From Octopus sinensis (Eukaryota): DNA of 64,000 nt. The stretch covers positions 89,900,001 through 89,964,000 of the forward strand of contig NC_043005.1 in assembly GCF_006345805.1 (NCBI RefSeq), in the 5' to 3' direction. Positions 11,283 through 24,349 of the stretch are shown here, one piece after another. The translations under genes were made by a program, and so were the position numbers. Each line of letters begins with the position of its first letter. Position 1 is the stretch's first letter. The notes below the pieces were generated by a model. The model was not told where the DNA came from. It searched no databases and saw nothing but the letters and a program-made list of their open reading frames with translations.

Positions 11283-14174
11283 GATCGGGAAAGCTCCCGG
11301 CCTGTCAGGTATCACCGCAGAGGTACTTAAAATATCTGGCGGTGTAGGCTATAGTCTAGTCACCTGTATAGTCAACCAGGTGATACATGAGGGAGTCATA
11401 CACAATGACTGGTGTAGCAGCACCATAGTCAACTACTACAAAGGTAAAGGGGACGCATTAGATACAAATAATTACAGAGGTATCAAGTTGCTGGATCAGG
11501 TAAAGAAAGTTACGGAGAGGGTCATAGCCCAACTTATTAGGGAGAGAGTTAGTTTAGATGAGATGCAGTTTGGGTTCATGCCAGGGAAAAGCACTACTAA
11601 GGCTATATTTCTGGTAAGACTACTGCAGTAGAAGTACCTAGCCAAAGGTAAACCTCTGTACTTGGCTTTCGTTGACATGGAGAAAACCTTTGACAGAGTC
11701 CCCCGATCCTTTATCTGGTGGTCAATGCGAAAACTAGGGATAGATGTGTGGTCAATGAGAGCTCTACAGGCCATGTACAGGGATGCTGTCAGTTAGGGCT
11801 GGCAACGAGTATAGAGAAGAATTCTGAGTAGGAGTAGGGTCCACCAAGGATCAGTCTTCAGCTCCCTCTTATTCATCATAGTCCACCAGGCAATAACAGG
11901 AATTCAAGACAGAATGCCCCCGGGAGCTCCTCTATGCCGATGACCTTGCTCTAATAGCTGATTCACTATCAAAACTAGAGGAGAAGTTTCTGGTGTGGAA
12001 GGAAGGTCTAGAATCGTGCTGCATTCGACTCCGTCGGTCGTGATACCCTCTGGAAGATCATGCAGGCAGATGGTATCCCGCCTAAACTTCTCAATGTTAT
12101 CAAAGCTTATTACCGTTCAACAAGATCCCGCGTACGCGTGTACGGTGAAGTGTTGGAACCCTTCGAAATATGGTCTGGCGTTCGGCAAGGATGTGTTCTT
12201 TCGCCAACTCTTTTCAATTACGCCATCTACTGTATCACCATAGATGCATTAAGGGAGTTCCACGGTGTCACTGTTGGTCACAACTTTTCCGTCAAGGATC
12301 TAGACTAGGCAGATGACATTGCGATACTTGGCGAAACATTTGCTGACGTCCAGTTTGCTATCAATGAGCTCCAGCGTGTTGCATCGATGATTGGTATGAA
12401 AGTCAATGCCTCGAAGACCAAAATTCTCACAGCCGGCTTCGCCCACCAGACAAAACACCCATTGTCCTCAATGAAGAGGTTGAGAGTTTCAAATACCTTG
12501 GCGCCATCATTACAGCTACAGGTCAAGGTGAAGCTGACATTAAAACACGAATCGATCTCGCTCGCCAAGCCTTCAACCGACTCAGTGCACGACTCTGGTC
12601 AAGATCTGAGATCCGACGCACCACAGTGGATCTACCAAGCACTGGTGCGAACGATCTCCTTTACGGCAGCGAGTCAGGCCAATGAGGGTGGAAGATATTA
12701 AGCGACTAGAATCCTTCGATCACCTCTGTCTACGCCGCATCCTTCGTGTCCGATGGCATCACTTTGTCTCCAATAATTCGGTGTGACACCAGTGCAAAAT
12801 CACCTCCCTCCAACAAGTCATCCTAACGAGACATCTGCGTTGGCTGGGTCATACCTTCCGTCGTCAACCAGAAGAATTCATCTACGAAGTAATTGCCCCA
12901 ACTCCCCTTCAGGGTTGGCGAAAGCGATGTGGTGGACAACGAAAAGCCTGGCTGATGACAGTCAAAGCTGATCTGGAACCCAACCTAGTCGCCGCTGGAA
13001 TAAGGAGTGGTTGGAGATCACGCAGTCGTTAGCTTCAAATCGTCAGGTCTGGTCGGCGTTTGTGAGAGATGCAGCTTTGCGGATGAATGAAGCCAGCTCA
13101 ACCCACCCCGGGTGAATGCTGTCTCAAGAAAGAGAAGAATCGAAGTGTCTTAGAGTCAATCTAGCAAAAACCAGAGCCTTAGAAAGTAGGAAGACAGACA
13201 AATCACAAATTCCTTCAGGTAGATGGCCCTGCTCGATCTGTCGAAAAGGCGTGGGTAGAAACTCCATAAGATGTACCAAGTGTAAGCTAGGGATACATAA
13301 GAGGTGCAGCATTATCAAAGGAAGGCAAACTGGGAAGATAGTTTTTGTGTGTGGTAAATGCACAAGGCAATAAACATTGAAAATGTGATGAAAACAGCTT
13401 CCATCATATGGCAGGGGGAAAAACTAGAAGTAGTTGATAGCTTCCGTTACCTTAGTGACCAAGTCAGTAGCTGCTAGAATGAGAATGTCCTGGGCAAAGT
13501 TCAGAGAGCTCCTAAGTCTGCTGGTAACGAAGGTCCTCTCGCTCAGAGTGAAAGGTAGACTGGATGACGCATTTGTGAGAACAGCCATGCTACACGGCGG
13601 TGAAACATGGGCTGTGACTGCTGAGAACATGCGTAAGCTTGCAAGAAATGAAGCTCCGCTGGATGTGTAATGTCAGTGTGCATACACGACAAAGAGTAAG
13701 CACCCTGAGAGAAAAGTTGGACATAAAAAGCATCAGATGTGGTGGACAGGACAGAGACGACTGCGCTGGTGTGGTCATGTGCTGCGTATAGATGAGGACA
13801 GCTGTGTGAAAAAGTGTCACACCTGGGATGAGGGGGTAGAGCGCAACCTTCAAACGTTGGGCCTCACGGAGGCAATGATAAGTCACCGAGGCCTTTGGAG
13901 ATATGCTGTGCTTGAGAGGACCCGGTAAGCCAAGTGAGACAGTAACCGTGGCCTATGCCAGTGCAGCATAGCCGGCCCATTTAAGAGCATCCTTCAATCA
14001 CTGGGCAATAAACTGTGCTTGTGAAGACCTGTTGTGTCAAGTGAAGTCATTGTCGCGGCCGATGCCAGTGCCGCCTGACTGGCACCTGGTGAAGCCTTCG
14101 AGCTTACCAGTTCTCAGTCAAACCGTCCAACTCATGTTAGCATGGAAAGCAGGCCTTAAATGATGATGATGATG
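11283..14174 (+). mobile_element. RTE-type LINE, 5'-truncated, split by a nested insertion at 12017-13135
   Basis: GKAPG, NYRGIKLL, QFGFMPGKST, FVDMEKTFDRV and LLYADDL, then EGLES|K-LRVNLAKT across the insertion. C-terminal RLRWCGHVLR; 3' tail (GAT)n at about 14161-14174. Confidence 0.9.
12017..13135 (+). mobile_element. 5'-truncated RTE LINE of a second family, nested, 7-bp TSD AGAATCG
   Basis: AAFDSV, GVRQGCVLSPTLFNY and D*ADDIAIL motifs. AGAATCG at 12010-12016 and 13136-13142. Confidence 0.9.
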
Positions 14175-15195
14175 GTGGAGTCAAACTTGAAGGAATATCA
14201 AAGATACTAAGTGTGCAAGGATGCTTACATGAAGATGAAATAAAGGAATTCTTTTTAGAGCAAAGCAAAGAAGGATAAAATGAGAAGTAAAACTTAGTTG
14301 ACCCTTTTGATATCAACCCAAATGAGAATGTCCCTTGTTGAATCATACAGACTTCCTGTTTGATTCAATTTGAAATTTTCCATTAAAATTTCATGTTTAT
14401 TTGTGTTTCAGTCTTAATTATGGGCAACTCATTTTATCAAATTCTTCTTTATTTTCAAAATTAATTGAAACAAAACCATGGTAACAAGTCCCTAAAAGTA
14501 GGTTATCAAAGTATTGGCCATTCTCTGACAGGTTTGTGGTCAAGCCTGCGTCAGTGGAGACTTCCAGCATTCTCAGGCCCTCAACCACATCCCTGCTCAC
14601 CGCTATCAGGGTGGATACAGCTATCCGCAAGTGTGAGGTCAGAGTGGCTGTTCCAGTGCATCTGGGGCAACACCTTTTCTACTTTGTCTGCTGGGACCAT
14701 GAGGCAAACTGACAAACCTTTTTAGGTATTTCTTTGCTGTGAGGAAGAGGAAGGATATGAGGATTTAGGCAGGGCCCTTCATCAAATTTAGAAAACTATT
14801 TCATACCGTTGGCTAACAAGTGTCAGACACTACAGACGAATCAGTGAATTCTGCTAATCACGAAATATTTTCTACTCCATAAACATAAACACTCTATACA
14901 CACATAAACTAAAAAAAGGCCACATATGCATACAAACCATTTACTCTCCATTTATCCAACGCACTAAAGTTGCCCCCATCAATTGGCTCTCATTGGCTAA
15001 CTTTGTCTCAGTTGTTGAGTTGTCTTAGATGTTTATATTAGGCAGTTAGTTGTATAACTTTACTTGCTGTTGGTCTCAATGTTCAAATTATCATAATTCT
15101 CTCTAAGAAATTACGCAACCATCTAACCAGGGTTTGATCAGCAATTTTTGTGCATTTTTGTACATTGTATAAACTGTTTTATTTCTTTTCTATAG

Positions 15196-15422
15196 GGCGA
15201 TTGTGAGCTTGGTATATTATGGCCTTACTCTTAATATTGGCAAATTATATGGCAATTTCTATATGAATTTCTTTTTGAATTCGGTTGTCGAGTTTCCAGC
15301 GAACATTCTGTGCATCCTTCTGTTAAATCGTGTTGGAAGAAAAAAAATGCATGCTAGCCTGATGGTTTTGGCTGGAGTCGCTTGTATCGCTGGAATATTT
15401 CCCGTCCTCTATGGCAATAAAG
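15196..15422 (+). CDS. SLC22: SLC22-like gene 1 exon (TM7-TM9)
   Basis: tatag|G...AAAG|gtaaac. Reads W-AIVSLVYYGLTLNIGKLYGNFYMNFFLNSVVEFPANILCILLLNRVGRKKMHASLMVLAGVACIAGIFPVLYGNK. Confidence 0.95.
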
Positions 15423-15432
15423 GTAAACGAAT

Positions 15433-16630
15433 CATTATTATTATTGTTGTTGCTGTTGTTATTATTATTATCTTTTTATCACAGGTTTTGTTGGAGCTCC
15501 TGGAGTCTTGCATGCATAGCCGGGCTTTCCTTCTTCGCTATTCGTTGGTCAAAGAGGCATACAACGTCCACTATATGTCATACGTGATGCACGCTGTCCA
15601 CTACCACTAGGTCCGATCTCTTATGCGCTAGCATTTGATCTGTTTGAATTGGGAAATCCCAGAGGATTTTACTAGTCCCCGACACTGCCGCTCTCTGTGG
15701 TTTGTGCTCATACGACGTCTTCCTTGCTCCCACTTTTCCAAGTTTCCAAGGTACAACTTTCGCTACCTGGTCGTGACGCCACAACTTGTAGTGGTTTTTC
15801 GGCAAGTCTAGGCCATCCGTTTGTGATATAGACAATGGTTCCATCCACTCTATTACAGATACGGCACAGTGGAGACACTTGCTCATTCCTCAGGTTGACC
15901 CTCCAGTTTATAACCAGAGCTTGGTCCTGCTCTGCCATTATAGTTCTCCTGGTCTCTTTTTTTAGTGTTCCTCTCATCAGCCAATCCCACTTATTTTTTT
16001 CCAGCAACTTCTGTTGTGGTTACATGGAATTGATTGTGTAGTCCATTCTTTCGTAATGCTTCTTCATGTCCGTTTTTTACTTCTTCCTTTGTTTCTCCTT
16101 TCTTCGTTGCTTTTAATACTCCCTCATTCGTAAGTGACACAAGCAAGGTTTCCTTACTTTCGACTAGATATCTCATTAAACTCTCGAGTTCGATACACAC
16201 GCAGATCTTCCACATTTGCTCTCTTCATGTAATGGCAATCAGTGTCTGGACGTGGATGATGGGCTCCATGCGTCGTTAGAAGCTTTCATGACTTCCTATC
16301 CATCTCCTTTAACTCCTTCTCTTTCCACTTCAGGATCCCAGCACCATACCGAGCTACTGCGATTGCGCGCGAGTTTATTGCCAAACTTATATGTCTGGCA
16401 TTCAGCTTTGAAGCCAATATTTTCTCACTCGCCGCAGGTATTCTCTTTTTGTCCTGTCCTTCATGTCATTGTGTTCGATTCCATATGACTCAGGCATTCC
16501 CTGGTATTTACAGCTGGATTCTGGCTGGAATTGCCTTCACCATTTCACCACTTGGCAATAATATGCCTTCTGTTCTGACACGCTTTCCTCGTCTCATCAC
16601 CATCGTAACACATTTTGAGAGTCCAAAATC
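15433..16630 (-). mobile_element. R4/Dong-like REL non-LTR retrotransposon, 5'-truncated, microsatellite on both flanks
   Basis: FGLSKCVTMVMRRGK (RT end), LKKET..IMAEQDQAL, CRIC, HDQVAK, ILWDFPIQTD...RSDLVVVD (CCHC plus PD-type nuclease). (AAT/AAC)n at both ends. Confidence 0.85.
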
Positions 16631-17309
16631 CTTACTATCATCATTATTATTATTGTTGTTGTTATTATTATGAAGGCAGTGAAATGGCAGAATCCTTAGA
16701 GTGCTGGGCAAAATACTTAGCAGAATTTCTTCTGGCTCTTTACATTCTGAGTTCAAATGCAGCTGAGGTCAACTTTGCCTGTCATATTTCAGAGTTAAGT
16801 TCTGGGGTCGAAGTGATCACTCTCCTTAAAGTTGCACGCCTTGTGCCATAATTTGAAACCGTCACCACGAACACCACCATCAACATTGTCATCATCATCA
16901 TCGTTATGTTTTGCTTCTTCCTTCAGCTTTGTTTCTATTTCTTGCCAAGCGTTCTCCCAACACCTAGGGCAAAGAGACTCACTGTATACATTGATAAACC
17001 AGTAAAATAAACACACCAGACTGTTTATTTAAAAACTGAAATAAAGGCATGTAAAAAAAATGTTTCTTGACATTTCCAAGTCAGTAAGTCATCCAGTAGC
17101 TCTAAGCTTTCAAAGATCCATTCAGGGAAGGTTATTGTTCTCACAGGGACAATGCTCGTCTTATTATTATATGCTTGGCTTCTGCTTTGTATTCGTACAA
17201 ATTGACTCAAAGTCTCACCCAGATATCTTAACAAACAACAAGTTATAAATTCAAATTGGTGTTATGACTAGGATGCCGTATTTGGGGTTTTACACAGAGT
17301 ATTGCTCTA

Positions 17310-17530
17310 GAGAATGTCTGTCAAAGCATAAGGCATCTACTTACAATGGAGAGACAGCACGCAGCATAGAGGAGCGTGTAAGTGACAATTGGCGAGAGCT
17401 CAAAGAGGAGAAAGGCTCGGCAGTGTTCTACTAATATGCTCAATTAGAACATAGTGGCTCGGTTTATAGCATAGAAGTTAAGGTATTATCAACGCATAAA
17501 ACTGACTCGACACTCAGACACATTACCTAA
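17310..17530 (+). mobile_element. Penelope-like GIY-YIG endonuclease remnant
   Basis: Manual translation: STYNGETARSIEERVSDNWRELKEEKGSAVF*...HSGSVYSIEVKVLSTHK. Confidence 0.55.
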
Positions 17531-17989
17531 GTTACACACATAGCAATAGACAGACCGACCGACCGACCCTCAACAGAAAACACGAATGGAACAATAACAC
17601 CCGCCACTACACCACACAACACGACGACTAAAGACACAAGGAAGAGAAAATGGTACAAACAGTGTAATATACACTCAGTAGACAATTATGCACATACGTA
17701 TGGTAAATATAAGAAATAGAGATAAATAGGTAAACAGAAAACTGTATAAAGGGCACGGATACGAACAACAGAGTAAGCGAACCCATATACACACAAACAC
17801 AGTAATTTCACAAACGGCTGCAGCAACATCAATATCCTGACCAACAGCAACAACAGAAACAACGGCAATAACAACAACTACTACTACTACTATTACTACT
17901 ACCACCACCCAAACACAGAGACATGCAGCAACGACACCAAAAACCGGGGTCAAGGGCAGCAGCAGCAACGGATGGGGTGAAGGAAGGGT

Positions 17990-18640
17990 CATAGAGAAAC
18001 TTACATAATAATACGTACGTCCCCTGTTAATACCGTAACATTGATACACTATTTTCTTCCTTAAGCACTGATTTTCTAGAGGACAGATAATTTTGCTTTT
18101 GAAATTACAAAGGCATGTATTCATTTGTATGTAGTACTCATGGTGAAATGAATTAGTACTATTCCTCCTTTCATATCAAGGAGTTATTGCAGGATTATTA
18201 TCAATATTATAATTAATATTATTTCTAAGTGTTAATTGTATTATCCTTGTTGGAATCACTCTTAAATAGAGTTCATTTCACAATTCAGACAAACAGTTCT
18301 ACTCGTGTTTACAGATTTTGAGTTGAAATACTCCCTGATTCTTCTTTTGATATACGCTGCTATAACTATAGCCAAATTTCTGGTGGTTGAATAAGAAAAT
18401 TTTATACCCTGGCAATTAAATAATTTCCTATACTTACTTGAAGGTGAGAAGCATTTATCCAGCGGCAACGAATTTTCGAAGAGTATTAGTAGCAATGGGA
18501 TATGTGAATTGTGCATTACACCAGATAATATTCCTTGTTTTGGTCTTTCTATTATTTATATACACGTATTTCTTAGTATTAACATTATTAATATTAGATT
18601 TTCTCCAGCCGTAATTTTTATTCTTGAAGTTATACAATTC
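17990..18640 (-). mobile_element. Penelope-like element, linker/GIY-YIG remnant
   Basis: RNIIWCNAQF, LDKCFSPSSKYRKLFNCQGIKFSYS and CNFKSKIICPLENQCLRKKIVYQC...YY motifs. Confidence 0.8.
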
Positions 18641-18654
18641 TATAAACTTATTAT

Positions 18655-19470
18655 TTGATGAAAGCTCACAGCTTATTTTGCTGGGTATGGTGGAAAGTGT
18701 CAGCTGTCCACAGCTAGAATGCTAAGTTGACACTTGTTAACTGGTCATGCTTCAAGAACCCTGCAAAGAATTCTTGCAATTCCAAGCAATGCTGATTTTG
18801 TAAGTGTTCTACCTTCACACTTATACACATTTTTTGAGCCACGTTGGTAGAGTTGATACTTCCAATTGCACCAATTACTATTGGTACCACATCTGCTCTC
18901 CTCATTGATCATAACATTCGTATGTCCCACTTCAAATCGTTACAGTTGTTCAGTTTTTCTTCTTCTTTCTTTTTGATCCTGTAGTCACGAGGACATGTTA
19001 TGACGATTATCATGCGTGTTCTTTCTTTTTTTTTTCTTCACCTTGACAATGTCCGGTTTTCGATGTCTGGTCAAGTGATCGCACTGAATCATTGCATCCC
19101 ACAAGATTTTGCGATTTTGACTCTCGTTCATTCCTCCTGGGATATGCTCAAGCCACATCTTTTGCTCTTTGTAGGCCGTGATTCCCACAAAGCACTCAAT
19201 GGATCATTCTTGCCACATTGTCATGTCGTCTTTTGTATTTGTGTTGTGCAAATTTCGTGCATTCGCTAACCATACGCCATACTGTTTCACTCCTCCCACA
19301 ACACATTTGTCTGCATTTGTCCCTGTCGGTAGTGTTATCGATTCTGCACTTCAGCTAGTTGGTCCTTAAGCTTGTTCTTGAGTTGCGCATATAAGCGATT
19401 CTGTCTTTATCATCAGGTCACTCCTCCTTATCCATAGCCACCGGTCTTCTGTATCTGTCTTGGCGTTCGC
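18655..19470 (-). mobile_element. R4/Dong-like REL retrotransposon 3' fragment
   Basis: TESLICATQEQA, SETVWRMVSECTKFAQHKYKRRHDNVARMIH, KILWDAMIQCDHLTRHRKPDIV and VVPIVIGAIG. The 3' UTR matches 23335-23505. Confidence 0.85.
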
Positions 19471-19511
19471 ATCTTTTGCAAACTAACAGTACATTGTTTC
19501 CCTTCCATGCA

Positions 19512-19514
<3 letters not shown>

Positions 19515-19561
<47 letters not shown>

Positions 19562-19575
19562 ATGTATGCGTGTGT

Positions 19576-19644
<69 letters not shown>

Positions 19645-19645
19645 T
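19515..19645. repeat. (TG)n microsatellite
   Basis: Directly visible. Confidence 0.95.
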
Positions 19646-19904
19646 GCGCATGTTCTTTTTCCTCTGTAAGTTTTTCTTCCTCTACACAATTTTAAGCTTT
19701 AATGACGCAGGACTTCTTCACATGTTTCAACAATGGTTCCACGGCATTTTTACATACCACCCTAAGCTGTTTTCCTCTGCTTCGATAGAATCCTGGAAAC
19801 CGATCAAACCTCACCCACCGCTTCTTCTGGGCAAGTACAGCCTGTCGATGTCACTGCTAGGGTGGAGGCTCCGTGCACTGTCAACATTTTCCTTGTCTTC
19901 GTAT

Positions 19905-20112
19905 CCATGGAATCGTTAGCGCGTCGGGCGAAATGCTTGGCAGTATTTCGCTGCCGCCACGTCCTGAGTTCAAATTCCGCCGATGTCAACTTTGACTTTC
20001 ATGCTTTCGGGGTCGATGAAATAAATACCAGTTATGTACCGGGGTCGATGTAATCTACTAACCCCTCCCCTCAAATGCCAGGCGTTGTACCTATAGTATA
20101 AAGGATTATTAT
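19905..20112 (+). mobile_element. tRNA-derived SINE family B (other copies about 16672-16860, 21410-21625, 22770-22925, 45545-45770 on +; 36880-37005, 48665-48845 on -)
   Basis: Shared GAATCGTTAGC...CTGAGTTCAAATTCC...GCCTTTCATCCTTTCGGGGTCGATAAA..AGTACCAGT blocks and an (ATT)n tail. Confidence 0.8.
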
Positions 20113-20869
20113 TATTATATGTTTTACTTTTGCTTTGTACTTGTACAGGTTGGCTCCAAGTCTCACTCAGAGACCTCAAGAGACAACAAGTTAGAAGTTC
20201 ATGTTGGTGTTATGCATAGGGTGTCATATATTTGGTTTTGCACATAAATGAAGTAGACCATCCCTACAATCATTCCACCCTAACATTACTGAACGTTTAT
20301 GATGCATTTTGGAGTAACAAGGGAGAAGCTGTTTCCTTCCACCATTGGTGTGGAAAGACCTAAAGAAAGCTTTATTTGAAGAATGGATCAAAATTCCCTT
20401 AACAACCATCCAGGACTTGTACAAGTCAATTCCTCAACATATTAAATCTGTGACTGATGCTAAACGTGGACCAATTCCATATTAAATAATAAAACTTCCA
20501 TTTAATCCGGTGCTTTCCATTATTTTATCCAAACTCTTTTAGTATAACAGAATCATTGCTGCACCAGACAAAATGCTTAGTGGCATTTCTTCCGGTTTGT
20601 GTTCTGGGTTCAAATCCTGACATGGTCGTTCTTGCCTTTCATTCTTTCACGATCAAAAAACTAAAGAACCCAGTCAAACACTAGGTTCAATGTAATGTTC
20701 CGTATGATCAAATGGTTAAGAAGCTTGCATCACAACCTTATGGCTCCTTCTTCAATCCCACTGGGTAGTATGTTAAATAAGGGTCCACATGTCTGTGAAA
20801 TACAGGAAAGGGTTGCTTTTTTTCTTTTTTTTACTTAAAGATTATATCTGTTACCTTTTTCTTTTTCAG

Positions 20870-21051
20870 CCCATCGATGGATATTAACTGCCAGTTCGAT
20901 GTTAGGCCGTATGTTTATCACTTCAGCCTTTTCAATTGTGTATTTATACACTTTGGAGTTGTATCCAACTTGTATAAGAAACGGTGCATTGGGGACTATG
21001 TCCACCTTTGCCCGTGTTGGCGGCAGTGTGGCACCTTATATTCTCAACTTT
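20870..21051 (+). CDS. SLC22: SLC22-like gene 1 exon (TM10-TM11)
   Basis: ttttcag|CC...TTT|gtaagt. Reads A-HRWILTASSMLGRMFITSAFSIVYLYTLELYPTCIRNGALGTMSTFARVGGSVAPYILNF (ELYPT-IRN motif); phases fit the neighbouring exons. Confidence 0.95.
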
Positions 21052-22358
21052 GTAAGTATTTAGATACTTTCAGACTTGCTATTTGTTTTGTTGTTCGCCC
21101 CTTTTGTTAGTCCACCTATCGTGGAACCAGCACAACTAGTAAAGAGACAGAGCTAGGCTTATCTTTCTACGGATTTACATAACAACATACGAATAAGAAA
21201 ATATTATCCATCAGACCAAGCACAATGGCTATAAACCTTTTGTTACCGTATTTGGGATGAAATACACTGTATTTGTTTCAAAGAATTTAGTAAAATAGCT
21301 AAGCCTTTTCTTACCACATTTCTGAAATACACAGCATTTGTTTTAATTAATTTTGAAATAACGAAGAATTTAGTGGAATAACTTTGTCATTATTAAGCTG
21401 CTACTTCAGGTGGTGAGCTGACAGAATCATTAACAGACTGGAACAAATTCTTGGCAGCATTTCGTCCGTCTTTACATTCTGAGTTGAAATTCCACTGAGG
21501 TCAACTTTGCCTTTCACCCTTTCGGGATAGATAACATAAGTACCAGTTAGATATTGAGGTTGATGTAGTTGACCTACCCCAAATCTCTCGAAATTGCTGG
21601 CCTTGTGCCAAAATTTGAAATCATTTTATGCTGATACTTGGAACAATAAAACAAACTCACTCTGCCTTTCTCTTGTCCAGAAGGACATTTTATATTTCTT
21701 TTTTGCGTTACTCCACACTTGTCTGTCTGCTAGACCCCGACTTTCTTTTTCTTGTATATGTATTATTTTGTTGTTGTATATGTATTTTTGTTGCTGTCTT
21801 CACTTGTCCCTAAGGCCTTATTCTGTCTATTAATCGTATTTTTTTTGTCCCTCATCCGTCCACAAACAGTCTCCTATCGAATTACTTTTATCCATTTTCT
21901 TTTGTCCATTTCCGTATACCCTTTTCATCCTTGTTTGTCCGTCTCGTTTCGTCTTGTCATGTTTTGGTTACACTCCCATCAAGTTCTCTCGCTGGTTGCC
22001 TCCAGGGTGGAAGAAATATCAATAATGGCACGAAATTGCACCCGACCCCTTGGTCGATAACTGATGAGAAGTTAGTGACTTTCTGTGTTTGTTCTTCATT
22101 CATCTGTGCATTTGGTATACGTTTTTCAACCTCACCTTCCGCGTCTTTTTTTCCATTCGTTTGTTTATTACAATAAGTGTTTGACTTCTGATAGCATTAT
22201 TCACGTAACGCACTCCTTGTTTTTTTTTTACCTATATATGCTGAAATATAACAGGGTGATAACGGTGGGAACCCCTTTGACCATAAGTGTGCTGGTTCAG
22301 TAATGATCTGCGACCAAACAATAACAAAATCATATTTTTTTCTGATTTTTTTTTCCAG

Positions 22359-22522
22359 TCAGATTTGGTTTCTGGCAAGGTTGGTCGAATAATGCCGATG
22401 ATTCTTATGGGACCACTTTCCGTAATAGCGGGGCTATTGTCATTGTTGTTACCCGAAACAAACAACCGGAAAATGATGGACAACTTCAGTGATTTGACCG
22501 AATCTGGACAACTGGAGTTCGC
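22359..22522 (+). CDS. SLC22: SLC22-like gene 1 exon (TM12, LLPET motif)
   Basis: ttttccag|TCA...GC|gtaggt. Reads SDLVSGKVGRIMPMILMGPLSVIAGLLSLLLPETNNRKMMDNFSDLTESGQLEF. Confidence 0.92.
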
Positions 22523-23040
22523 GTAGGTGTCTCTTAAATGATTTAAACATCATTAACATCATCATCACCATCAGTAGTAGCATCATGATTCTCATCATCA
22601 TCAATGTAATCATCATTATCATTTTTGTTATCATCATCATCATCATTATTATTGTTGTCATCAACATAACCATAATTATCATCATCATCATCATCATCAT
22701 CATTGTTTGCACAACAACATCAACAATAACATCATCATTGATTTAATACGAAACTTAATCATCCAGACGAAATTATTTGCGGTATTTCGTGTGTCTTTAC
22801 ATTCTGCATTCAAATTCGCCGAGGTGGACTTTGCCTTTCATCCTGTCAGGGTCGATAAATAAATTGAATACCAGTTGCGTACTGGGTCAATCTAATCGGG
22901 CCTTGTGCCTAGAGTAGAAAAGAATTTTATTCATCATAATTATAATCAGCATCTGCATCATATTTCAAATATTAAACATTATTTTGCTAAATGTCTGATT
23001 GGCTCTTTCCTCTTTTTCTTTCTTTCTTTCTTCCCTCCAG

Positions 23041-23119
23041 TGTTAAAAAGGATGAAGTTGTAAAGGAAGAAAGTCAAACTAAGCAACCGAAACAATCTGC
23101 AGAGGTCACAAAATTTTAA
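23041..23119 (+). CDS. SLC22: SLC22-like gene 1 terminal coding exon
   Basis: Long polypyrimidine tract plus cag at 23038-23040, phase-2 compatible. Reads A-VKKDEVVKEESQTKQPKQSAEVTKF*; AATAAA at 23228. Confidence 0.8.
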
Positions 23120-23334
23120 TGCATGTATGTATGTTTGTATATAGGTGTATATAAATAGATGGATAGATATGATAATCGGCATAGAATGCCCCGGTGACAA
23201 CGGGATCACTGTGAAAGAAGAAGTAAAAATAAACAACGATGACTATTTGTGGTGGGAAATAGGAAGGTTGTGATGAATGAGGAGAGTAGAGACGATACCA
23301 ATAGTAATTGGTACCGTTGGAAGTATCAGCACTC

Positions 23335-23517
23335 AACTAGCAACATGGCTTGAAAAGTCATGTAGAACACCTACGAAAATCACCATTGCTTGGAACTGCA
23401 GGAATTCTTTGCAGGGTTCTTGAAGCATGACCAGTAAACAAGTGTCACCTTAGTCTGCTGGATGTGGACAGCTGACACTTTCCATTATACCCAGCAAAAT
23501 ATGCTGTGAATTTTCAT

Positions 23518-23580
<63 letters not shown>
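23335..23580 (+). mobile_element. R4/Dong-like REL element 3' end with (TAA)n tail
   Basis: Near-identical to the reverse complement of 18660-18800; followed by about 19 TAA units. Confidence 0.8.
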
Positions 23581-24349
23581 TTGATGATACACACTGTTTT
23601 TAATCGCTTTTCCTTCTTCTTTTGCAGTGTTGGTGGTAAGACATCATCAACAGCAGCAAATTCTAACTTTTTCCGTCGTTCGTTGTCAATCACTGCTTGC
23701 TGTAAAGAGAGAATTATTTCAATTAAAACAAAGACTGTTCATATTAGGGTTTCTTTCAATAAAGAACACATCTATATTTGGTTTGTGATTTAAAATGAGA
23801 TGAATAATAAAAACTTGACTTTATACCAAATAAAAATGAGAATTAAATTAAAAACAGAAAACTAAAGATATTTCTTCAACAGATCTCAAATGACACATGA
23901 AGAGGTAAAAAAAACCCACATCAAGTTATTTCTTAAAACAGGGATTCAAGTAGGAGCACTAATCAACTGTTGAATGCTTCAATTAGTTTACAAAACTAGA
24001 AAACTGTTTTGTTCGAAGGTTACTACAAATGGTGATGTTTAGGCTGAATATCAACCAGATGAATCTCTCGTCAGTTTAGAAGGGATTGCAAAGGTTATGG
24101 GCCTGCCTCTTTTTATTTGACTAAATTGTATTAAAATCAAGTAAGCTTTAGTGGAAAGTACTTTGGCAAACTCTTGGTAGCCTAATCGGTCTTGGATAAT
24201 TCCGATATAGAGCTCCAAATTGATTGGTTGCATCAACATTACAAACAAAGCAACTAATTTGTTGGAGAGGAATTAACGTCACTAAATGACTGACACTGGT
24301 TTTATCAATCTTTGATGGACAGAAGGGAAGGTCAATAAGGTCAATCCAA

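Noticed and set aside
22040-22080. CTGATGAG with an upstream GAAA (type II hammerhead?)
   Set aside because: The required helices cannot be formed.
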